From Chrysomallon squamiferum (lineage: Eukaryota > Animalia > Mollusca), in contig CM022665.1 of assembly GCA_012295275.1 (NCBI GenBank), positions 25,730,001 through 25,794,000 on the forward strand: a stretch of 64,000 nt of DNA, read 5' to 3'. This document shows positions 13,701 through 29,500 of the stretch, piece by piece. Positions within the stretch are counted from its first letter, which is position 1; the number at the start of each line of letters is the position of its first letter. The translations under genes and the position numbers were made by a program. The notes under the pieces were generated by a model, which worked only from the letters and a program-made list of their open reading frames with translations, was not told the DNA's origin and did no database searches.

Positions 13701-14565
13701 CGTAAGATAAAAGAAGAGGGAACATCTCAAGGAAGTACGATGCAGTTATTATAAATTTTAAACATATACCATTCAGTTTGTTTAATTCTGCCTTTTTTGT
13801 GTCAAAAAAATGGTGTTGAAATACTATGAACAAAATACCCTTTAAAGAAAATATTTAATTTTAAATATATTTTATTAGCATTATCCCAAAACACCAAAAT
13901 AGGCAAAAATGATTTTAAAAAGTTGGACCAATGTATCGTGTTCTACACGTGTGTCAGAAATAAGTGATTATTATTAAATATTATACAAAATAATGATTTA
14001 AATAAGTATTGCATTAGAATATTATTAATTTAAAGTGGGGCACATAAACTGGCAGATAGTAACATTATCTGTCATTAAATGAAATTAGAAATTAACGCTG
14101 CACGATGATTGGGTTCTTTTTATTTTTTTATTTTTTTCAGATCTTCCCGTGTACTCTCTTGACAATCTTGGCGTGAACACTGCGGGTAACAGTGCCATGG
14201 TCACAAATCAGTCAACAGTATATCGCACAGTTGACAACACAGTGTTGGGCAGTGTCACAATTCAGCAGCCAGTTGTCATGGCAGCTCAGTTTGGAGCTGC
14301 TGCGACCAGCAGCACCAACCCAGCAGGCATGGATGTTGACTTGTCTACTTTAGAAACTGTTGATCTGAACATGCTGCAAGCTTATTTGCAAGACCAAATT
14401 CAAGGCGTTGAAGGGTACACGTTTCAGCCTGTGAATAGTTTGTCAGGTGATCTCCTTGATGCTTCAGTCGACCCTAATATTGCTGCAATGGAAAGTGTTA
14501 CAAGTGATGAAGCAAATGCAGGATCATCCCATGCAAATGTGAAATTGTTTGGAGACAACACATGA
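4780..14565 (+). CDS. Rel: Rel/dorsal-class NF-kB transcription factor (RHD + IPT + NLS + C-terminal activation-type tail, no ankyrin repeats), ~559 aa. Exons 4780-4810, 7560-7631, 7889-8151, 8751-8902, 9083-9174, 9450-9584, 10372-10470, 11515-11606, 12280-12418, 12973-13047, 13630-13734, 14141-14565
   Basis: Motifs [92 protein letters not shown] (PKA-site motif) and EKRKRK NLS. All junctions are GT-AG and phase-compatible; exon lengths sum to 1680 nt. The first two small exons are the least certain. Confidence 0.95.
5450..6207. mobile_element. Old Tc1/mariner (pogo-like) non-autonomous element in Rel intron 1
   Basis: Left end TA|CAGTTGTACCTGC, right end ACAGGTACCATTG (revcomp CAATGGTACCTGT). 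Repeated subterminal GACCACCTGC / GGACACCTGC / GACAC motifs. The 144-aa ORF 5445-5879 overlaps it and has no recognisable domain. Confidence 0.45.
6974..7102. repeat. Short degenerate tandem repeat in Rel intron 1
   Basis: Three related units containing AATGTTTTGTCA...TG(T/C)ACAAGAA; two continue with TGAATAAATGA. Confidence 0.5.
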
Positions 14566-15432
14566 ACATCTTTAGAGAAAGAATGCTGTAAAAATATATG
14601 TTTTTTTTATATTTTTTATTATAACATAACTGCCAAGTTAAGGCAGAAAAATGTAAAGAAAAAATTTCTTGTGTCAGCAGTTGATGTAATAACTGCTTGT
14701 CTTGGTATTTCAGTAATGTACAAGAGTTGTACATATATTACATACTGTTTCTGTAATAACAGTGCATTTTAAAAAAAAAATTATTTCTTTGATTGTTAAA
14801 TTGCTTTGAATTTATGTTCATCTAATGTGGATTTTTTTTTACACATTACTAATAAAATGATTTCTAAGTGCCATATTTTTCTAATACATATTTCTAAAGA
14901 AAGGAGGAGCAGAAATTTGTCTCATTAGAATTTTTACATTGTAATTCTTTTTTTTTTTTTTTTCATGTTCAGATATTTTTAAGTAATATGAAACTAATCA
15001 TTAATTAAGTAGAGTTTTAGAATATATTTTCTGTAATGAAATTAATCATTTATAACAAATAATTATGTTAGTTCAGATTATTTTCAGTTGTAACTATGAT
15101 GTTAATTTTTGTAAAAGCATTTATTAATGGTTTATGAAACATGTTCATGGAGTATTTGGGGAATCTTCTGAGTCTATATAACAAATTAGGAATTTTATTG
15201 ATAGTAATCCACTTTAAACTGTGTTTCTGCAGGATACTTCTTAAAGGGCAGCTGCTTGTTACTGTTGACTTTTTTTTAATGTTTCAACCATTTATGTAAT
15301 TTTGTATATTGTATTTTTTGTTATCCTCCTTTTTTATCAGCTGTAGTTAAAATTGCTTGCTCTACGAAATCTCTTTTGTTTGTTGCTATTTGTTTGATAA
15401 AAAAAAAAATGATATTACTGAAATGAAATAGT

Positions 15433-15466
<34 letters not shown>

Positions 15467-18019
15467 ATTTAAAATGCATTTTTAGATCAGGGAAAAAATA
15501 TATTTTCACAATACATCAAATAAAAGTTTTGATGTCAAAAGCCTGTGGTTTGGACTAGAGTGAACAAATAAAAGTGGACTTGTTTTATCACTGGATTGTT
15601 ATGCATGGGTATTTCGTTTGGTTATTGGTTTTGTAACGAAAATACACAATACATCCACAGAGTTAATTAGGTCTTGAGATAACAAAACAATCTCAGTAAG
15701 TTAATGTGATCCATTAATTTACTAAGTGATTAAATATGCAAAGAAAAAAAAAAATCTTAGTGTGTAGGACCTTTGATACTTTGGTTGATATGTGCGAGAT
15801 GTGTTGATCTTCTAAATGGTTGATATATCATTTGTTGGTTTTATTGCAGTAAAGCAGATTAATGAAGAAGAAAAAAAGAAGAAAAAAAACCCAGGCTAAT
15901 GTTTTACTAAGAAATGCCAAATGCAAATTGTGGCATAAAAATTTCACCCTTGAATTAAAAACAGTCCAGGAAAATTAGTTCTTGGTAAACTTACCTGTTC
16001 TGATGTCATGGGTACAAGGGCATTTGTTTTTTTATGTATCAAAATGAACATCAAAACATACATGGAGTGTTATAGTATTGGTGTTACTGGTCTATTTTGT
16101 TGTAAATGAATTCAAACATAACATATGCAAATTGCATGTTTTAGATATTGGTGACAACAATTCAGTGTTGTTAAATCAGTTTTAAAATTAGATGAACTTA
16201 ACAATATGTAATACATATTTTTTATGATCATTTCATATATATGGTTCTGTGGAACTTCATTTCTGCATATATTCATTATTTTTCATTTATCTATAAATAC
16301 AGTTTATTTTATTTTAAAATGTTATGGCTACATGTTTATATTTATCTGCTTTGTTTGTGAAAATCGTTTTTACAGGAACATGTGGATATAGAGTGCATTA
16401 TTAATAATTAAATGCATAATGAGAAACAAATGCTTGATACTAGTGGAATAGTATAATTATTTTTATTATTCCATGTCTCATGTTGTTTTGTTTATTACAA
16501 TATTTACATTAAATAAAATATTTCATTCCACGTTTTTTTCTGATAGACAGAAACACACACTGAATTAGTGCTTGTAATTTAGCGTTTGTTACGTGTTCAG
16601 GGTTTTATCTAAAAGGTACTGAAATGAGTAAATTATTGTATTCAAGCTTTTAGTTAATGTTTTTATAAATTGGTGTAAGTATGTTTTGAGTGTTTGCATC
16701 TAATGCATTAACTCGTCAGCTTTTAGATTAAACTTAATAATTTGAAGATGGAAAATGGTTTATTAAATATAACATAAGAAAAGAGACGTTAACTACTTGT
16801 GATTGTAAGACATCAAAGATAAACCCCTGTTTGTACAGTTCTTGTTTTTAATGGAAATGTAATCATAGTGTATAAAATTGAATGTATACCTAATAAACCA
16901 AGTAGTATGGAAATGTTTTTTTTGTTTGTATTATGTTCAAGAAATTGTAATTTTTCAGCAACTGAAGGATATATGTGTTAGATTGATGTTTATATCACAT
17001 TACAGTAAAAAAGATTACAGTATACTGAGTATTTTTCATGACACCAAGATTGTAATCCAGAAATTATATGAGAAAACAGAAATAGCCACAGATAATATAT
17101 AAACAAACATAATCATGTATCTGTAATGTTAAAAAATGGTACCAGGTTTATATTGGAAATATTTTGAATTGTCATCAAATTTGTAATGCTAACATTATAT
17201 TTGTAGTTTTCAAAGTTTATTTTTGCTTATTACTATGCGTACATTATTAACAGAAATTAGTGGCCACAGAAAAATTCCATCTCAAGAAATATGTTTGCAG
17301 TATTTTGTGACTTTATAACAAATGCCACATACAATACATTTTTATTTTATATTGACAAAGCCTTTTAAATAGATGTAATCAGAAATTTATATGTCATTCT
17401 TCACTTGTGAAATCCATATACTTAAACAGAAAACATGCCACCTTGTTATCTGTAAGTATTTTATTACACTGAAAAAAAAAATATATATTTATATATATAA
17501 ATTATAATACAAACACTTTATATTGCTTAATTTATAATAGCATTTAAAATAATAGATCTGATGTCTGTGTATGTATAAAACAATATATACTAAAATTAAT
17601 AAGTAATCACAATATTAAATATATATAAAGAAGAAATTAATTTACTTCATTTTGCAGGAACGAGTTCTTTTATTTGGCATAAAACAGATCTATTTAAAAA
17701 TACACATTAATATTCACATAAACAATAAGTAAAATAACAAATGATTAAAGTATATGTAACAAGAATAACAGGAAGTATGCATATATATTAAAAACCAACA
17801 AAAGTAAATAAATAATGCAAAATTAACTAACTACCCTACATAGTATATTTCTAAAATACATGGCTCTTTTTCATATTTTAATTATTCATCTTGTTTGTGC
17901 TTAGTACAGCCACATCAAAAAAAAACCCAGTTACTGACATGTTGTAAAACATCATCCTAGGTGTGGTTAAAGAACTGTTTTTAAGAATGATATGCTCAGA
18001 TTTTCATTATACTTTAACC

Positions 18020-18220
18020 ATCTTGTCTACAGGAAAGAGCAAGATAACAGTAAAAAAAAAAACACCTTACTATTAATCTTGTCTACAGGAAAATACCTAT
18101 ATAATAATAAAACAATAAATTGCTGCTGATCTTGTCTACAGGAAAGTACCTTTATAACTGTAAAAAATACCTTGCTGCTGGAAAGTACTTATATAACTGT
18201 ATAAGGTACCTTGCTGCTGA
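18020..18220. repeat. Degenerate tandem repeat in the presumed AIDA 3' UTR
   Basis: ATCTTGTCTACAGGAAA occurs three times (~18020, ~18076, ~18129), followed by two copies of GGAAAGTAC(C/T)T(T/A)TATAACTGTA...TACCTTGCTGCTG. Confidence 0.75.
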
Positions 18221-18808
18221 TAACAGGTGTTGTGGCACAAAAAGATTTCCTGTCTTAATTCCTTTTATAAAAAAAATAAACATCCAATACATGTTTAATA
18301 ATCATTAATATAGCAAAGCAATGAAATATCCATTATACAAAAATTTCTGCACTACCAACATGGTATGAAAGAAATTTATATATGCACATTAAAAATTATT
18401 CATATAACAAAAATCTTTGGAAATGTAACATTTGATTATGGGTAAAACAGTTTTGAAAAAAACCCACCAAACAATGGTTTAAATATAAATTCCACTTTCA
18501 TGACATAAAATAATTTTTAACAAAAAGTTCTATGACAACATTTTAAAGAAATGCGTAACAAAAATAAGATAACAGTAAATCTTTCACTACTGGCCTAAAG
18601 ATGATTATCAGCTGATTTTCAATTTTAATATGCACACATAGTGGATATTTTTCAGGCTCCTCGATTCTGTTATGGTGTAACAATAACAAAGATGGACTAG
18701 AAGTAAAAATCAGTATATTAATAAAGATGTTTCTTTAAAAAAAAAAAAAAAAAAAAAAGAAAAAGATGTCACAAATTCTACAATTAAGAACAGCAGAATT
18801 TAAGATTA

Positions 18809-23674
<4,866 letters not shown>

Positions 23675-25116
23675 TGTAGTTCTGCAACTTATATTTGTTA
23701 GTGCTGTGGGAAAAATCAAATTCACATATAAATTCTGAATTGTCTGAATATTATTTTTACTGATTTCTTTTCTTTCTTAAATCTCTTTTAAACATTTATC
23801 ACTTTCTGGTTAATCTATATTTTTTTCAAGCAAAAATAGCATTCTATAATTATTTGCAACTCTTTTTATTTATTTCCAATTTATTTTTATACTGATTCAG
23901 TTAATTTTAATTCAATAATATAAAATTTATTTTTTGACTCTGGCAATAGTAAAATCATATAATGATATATTTCAATTCTTAAAGGTTTTTTTAATAGCTA
24001 TTTTGTTACTATTTATTATTATTATTCATTTAGTTTTATATATTAAAAAACTGAATTATTCCATTCATACACATATTAGTATATAAATTTACACACACTG
24101 AAAAGCAACAATCATGGTACAATAAATTAAATACCATTTCTACTGTAAGTGTAATGTAGATTTTAAAATTCATATATCAGTTATTTCCTTTTAAAAAATT
24201 TTTATTATAAAATACTATTGAAGATTAGCTTTATTAAAGTTCTTATTATTATTGTAATTTACCTATGTATTTAATCATCTATTATTTCATTTTTTAATAT
24301 CTTTAATCAAACAAAAGATTTCTGCCTATATTCAGTTATTAAATTTGATAAATAAAATTTTAAAACTGTTGTGTTCAGAGTCTTGATATTAGACATGTAT
24401 CAATTAGAAGGTTTAATAATAGATTATTAATTTTATAGGTATGTTAAAATCTTGGACTGCACCTGTCAGGAACATGCTGAGTGCACAGAGTGCTATCCCC
24501 AAAATGCATTGGTTCATCACAGGAGATTATTTATGGGAGATTTCTCGATTATAATGGGAGGGATATTTGGATTTTTAAAATCTATAAATTTTTCTTGTGA
24601 TACTCTTGATTGTAGGATTTCTTCAAGTTCAGCCAATCAAAACACATTGATCAAGTTATAGTTTTCTTCCAAAGTAAAAGTTTTTTTTACTATAATATTT
24701 CAACTACAAAATGACAAAATTTCATCTTATTCTGATGTTGCAAAAGTTGGTTTTGAACTTGGCAGTGGAGTTGCTGTTGCTCCTATGGAATGTCATGGCG
24801 AATGAAATTCATTGAAAACAGCTCTTAATCGGGATTGATTAAATCTTATATATCTAACATAATAACATTTTAGATAATATATATTGTGAGCTTAATGGTC
24901 ACTATTCTCTTGATTGCCCTTGATTGATGATTTCTGAACATATAGCTTTTTGCCAACTCATGCTGTCAATTCTCCAATCTAGGTCACATAATCTAAATGA
25001 TATCATTAGACAATGCACCATATTTACAAAACAACTCATGTTTATTGTTGCTTCTTTTAAAAAAATATTAAATTGATTATTCTAAAGGGTTGATGGTACT
25101 TTGTGTAGCTGGGTTG

Positions 25117-25166
25117 TAGGACATTTGCTCACCCAAAAGTAAAAAAATTGACAACTGCACACCACC

Positions 25167-25199
<33 letters not shown>

Positions 25200-25472
25200 T
25201 TATTTATTTATTTCTGGTAACACTGTGAAATATTATGAATGTGGCTTATTTCAAAGTCAAATGGAAATTTTATCAAATACGAAATTTTATTTACACATTT
25301 AACAAAAACATAAATGTGAATATAGCAACAACAACAATTTCTTATTTGATATAATATCTATTTGACTCATTTGCTATTAAAATAAGCCACTTTCATAATA
25401 TTTCAAATATATTTTAAAGAATATTCTGAAACCCCCTTCCCATCAAAATACTGGCAGTGGGCAACTGTCCTA
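25117..25472. mobile_element. Palindromic (foldback) MITE in AIDA intron 1
   Basis: Outer inverted repeat TAGGACATTTGCTCAC (25117-25132) versus revcomp TAGGACAGTTGCCCAC (25457-25472), 14/16. Inner inverted repeat 25226-25251 versus 25380-25405, 25/26. Further nested pairs TATCAAATA(C/A)GAAATT and CACATTTA. Confidence 0.7.
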
Positions 25473-25788
25473 GCACTACATAACTGATACCTCAGTATAA
25501 TTATCCTGAAATTTTCATCTAATTGTCTTGAAAAATGATAGGAAATACACATTCCCCCCCTCCCGTTTTATCATTGCTTCATCTTCAAGATCTTGGTGTC
25601 ATTTTGCTATTTGTTTAGTAGTCTTTGTAATGGCACAAAATGTTGTTAAGTATGACCAGGTTAAGACTTGTTGTAACATATCTATATTAATAATTTTATA
25701 TACTATAAATATAATTATATTATGTAATAGTTTTCGATATAAATAATATAAATAAATATTTGACTTTTTTATTTATTTATTTTTTTAA

Positions 25789-25830
<42 letters not shown>

Positions 25831-25842
25831 AATATTAATATA

Positions 25843-25873
<31 letters not shown>

Positions 25874-25928
25874 AATATTAATATATATTTGACTTTTGTT
25901 CTGCCGGACAGAAAAAAAAAATACTTAC

Positions 25929-26060
25929 AATAAAATATTTATCATTCTTATTTTCGTTGTATCTATTTCTTTGTAAATAACAAATTATTTTTAAAAAGTT
26001 ATTTCGGATTTTTTAAACTTGTAAATAAACACAATCATGGACGCAGCCATTTTCTAAAAT
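25929..26060 (-). other. AIDA: Probable first (non-coding) exon of AIDA carrying a 19-aa uORF
   Basis: Minus-strand donor GTAAGTAT at 25928-25921. The ATG exon has an acceptor CAG only 7 nt upstream of the start codon (exon edge 23681), so an upstream exon is expected. uORF MAASMIVFIYKFKKSEITF* at 26050-25991. The 5' boundary is approximate. Confidence 0.6.
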
Positions 26061-26340
26061 GTCTACCAGAAATGAATCTTGGATGTCGAGAAATAACAAA
26101 GAAATATAAAACAAATTAGAGTCCTTTATAAAGCCTTAAGAATAAAGAAAATGAATATTGGTTATTACAAAATATACTGACATATTTTATAATTAATAGT
26201 TAGCTTCCAAAATGTGTCGTAATTGCATGACGAGAATTACAATGCGCATGCGAGTTAGAGGGCTCTTGGAGACATTTCCTGTAAATGCGGAAATTTACAT
26301 GAAGCAGCTTAGAGTAAACAACATTAATTAATCGCGTCTT
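26040..26340. promoter_or_regulatory. Bidirectional promoter shared by AIDA (-) and SOS (+)
   Basis: Head-to-head genes about 0.5 kb apart, CpG-retaining. YY1-like GCCATTTT 26046-26053, NRF1-like TGCGCATGCG 26243-26252, ETS-like ATTTCCTGT 26274-26282 and GCGGAAAT 26287-26294. Confidence 0.7.
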
Positions 26341-26552
26341 TGATTACTTTGATCATTACATAATATAATAATAATGCCTTAGTATTACAATTAACTGTAA
26401 GACATGTAAATCAGTTACGGTGCTTCTCCAGAATATGAAAATTAATATCAAGGTTATGTCCCTTGTATGTTAAACATGACTGGGCCAGGGAAATATGAGG
26501 CAGGCCCAATTTTGAACCTCTGTATACCATAACCTAGTTACAGCTGTCCGGT

Positions 26553-29500
26553 ATGTTCCCAACTCCGTCTGAGGTATCTGGCCACACTCTTCTCTCTAAA
26601 GAGAATGAATCAAAATGGAAAGGCATCTTTATCAACGCTTTGAGAGTGGTAAGTTCGTGTTTATTGTTTTTTCAGTATTTGAGACTAACTTCACCAAAAC
26701 AAATTCAGTCGTTTTGATTGGAAAAACTAACTCATGCAATCAAAATTGAGTTATTTTGGCCAGGTATGATGGATCAGACAGTAATTAATAAAAATCTTCT
26801 TTTTTTAATATAATTTATTTAACTGGCATTTATATTTGAAGAAAACATACTGAATGTTTAGTATCTAAGTATGTGTCTTGCAGTGAAAACATATTCATTG
26901 ATTGGTTAAATATATGTCCAAGAAATAAATTTAACTCCAGTCTTGAAATAGATATGTTCTGTAAGTATGTTGTTATAATTAAATTTGTTTCACATTGATC
27001 AGAATCATCACTCGTGTGTGAGAGAGAGAGAGAGAGAGAGTATACTTATCAGACCATTAGAGATTTAGACATACAAAATATGTTTTATCTTTCTTGGTGT
27101 TATTTTAGTGGGTGTTAATCTGTTCTTAGTTCATCATATTTTGTCATTTTCTTCTTTAATCAGAAAAGTCTTTCTTTTTGTAAGACGTTTTTGTGCTTTT
27201 GTTATAGTTTTACTTGATTACATGTATGAATCTTTATACTAAAACAGCAGTGTTTGTAGTTAATCAGATGGGATGGTAAAATATAGTAGCAGCAGATCAG
27301 CATTTTAAATTAACATAATGATTTGATCCATGGCCAGTTTGTCAGACTGACATATAAATTAAATTCTGATTTTGTGGATCATTAATAAAATATATACCAA
27401 GTGCAGTATTAATGACATGTATTGATTAATGCTCTGAAAACTCTGAACAACATAAATACAACTGATCACTTATAGAATGAGTATATGTACTTATTTTTGT
27501 TATTCAACTTATTTTTTAATTCAAGTCAGTAATTACTAATATCAGTGAGTTATTTATTATCAGCAGTGTTGAAATTATGTGAAAAAAACATCTAAATTAT
27601 TAAATTTTAATTGTTAATTAAGACAGATTTGTTAAGCTAAATGAGGAAGTACAAACAAACAAACTGTATTGAGGAAATGAATATCATTGGCCATGTTGTT
27701 ACCTATTTTTATGGTATGCCATAACATGAACACATAAAGTAGAATATAAACATTTAGACAATAGAACAAGGACCAGCATCTACTCAGTAGAACTAGCATT
27801 GTTTTGAATTTATGGATTAGGAAATTATACATGTACATATAAATACAGAGCTGAATCTTAGTGATAGTCCTGAGTTTTTTGACAACATATATCTCATCTG
27901 GGATACCAGTATTGTAACTGCAGTAGTATGTTCGGCTGTCACTTTTTTTTTTCTGCCTGTGCAGTTGATGATATGGCTAAGTGCACAAAGCTGTGATCAG
28001 CAGAGCTGTTCAAACATGCATAGGTTTTGGTTAGGGTTCTTTCTAAGCTACTCTGGTGCTCTGTTCAGTTGTTGTATTGGTGCTGTTGACATCAGAATGT
28101 TACTGCACACATGAAAACATTACCTCTGACTTTAATCTGCAGAATGTTTGCTTCAGCCACAGTGCACTTCCTGTTTTGCTTTAAGCATCAAAGGTTCCAC
28201 TTAGTCACATTAGCGGTTTAAAAAAAATTAGAGGGAATTTGTAGGGAGCCATTAAAAACATGTTTGCCTGAGTTCAGTTATTCCTGTCATAGTACTTGCT
28301 GTAGGACCTAGTCAGTATTTTTCACTGACTTACGAATTACAAGTAAATCATATTGCAGCTTCCAACAAAACGATGCTGTATACTAATGTCAGTTGGTTAA
28401 AAAAAGACAAATACAGGTTGAGAATCTTTTATCTGAAATAACTGGAAGTATTTCAGATTATAGAATATAAGGAAATAGCACAAGAATAGGATCTAAGTCT
28501 AAACACAAATTCCATTTATTATTTCATATGCAGCTTATACAAATAGTCTGCACAATTTTGTGCATAAAATAAAGTTTGTGTATGCAAAAATCCCAAAACT
28601 GTAAGATATCACCATTTCTGCTGCTTGGAAAGTGTTTGGGATTTTGGAGTTTGATCAAATTTCAAAATTTTGGATAAGGGATTCTCAACCTATAATAGAT
28701 TATAAAGAAAACCATCTAAAACAAATACAAAATGAAATTGAAAGCCACTTTAGTAATGAATTTGGGAAAAATTGCAATAAGTTGATTTGTCAACACACTG
28801 GGAATCAAAACAACTTAGAATAGGACCTGTTCATGTGCCTTTCTGATATTCAGTTACAAAATGTCTATGTTACTGATCTAATGCCAAAATGTTTTTGTTG
28901 AAAAATTGGAACAGATAAAATTTTCCTTTATTCAACTGCATGGCTAAAGAAATTCAGAAACAACACAGCTTTTCTATTCACATGGCACTTGAGGAATTGG
29001 GCAGTGTTGATCCCAGTGTTGTTGTTGAGGGATAACAGCAACTTCAGGAATATCTAACAGATTAGTACTCTGAGAATATTTATAGTTTGGATGAAACATG
29101 TTTATTTTATTGATCCAAATTCAACTCTGGCAAGTGGACTGTGTGAGGTCAAAAAAGGCAAAAAGATCAAGTGACAATGTCGCTGACTGCTGATGCTACT
29201 GGAACAGTCTGATTAACTCAGGAAAATGTTTGATCCCAGTATCTATATTACATGTTATTTGAATTAAAAGCAAGTTAAATTTTTTCTTTTTGTTTTCTGT
29301 TTGTTAGTAAGTTATTACATATTACAGTGTTACAAGTTCTAAATATTTAAAGCTAGCTAAATATGAGAACAAATGAGTTAAGTTTATAATGGCAATAAAA
29401 CACATCACAAACATGACTGCTACTATGAGAGTTGTTCATATACACATCTATATATGTATACTAGCATGCACATGTGTGTATGTTTTTAAATAAAAGAATA

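Noticed and set aside
14566-16520. AU-rich and Pumilio-like motifs (ATTTA, TGTACATA at ~14728) in the Rel 3' region
   Set aside because: Expected by chance at this AT content; no clustered ARE or exact Roquin CDE stem-loop seen.
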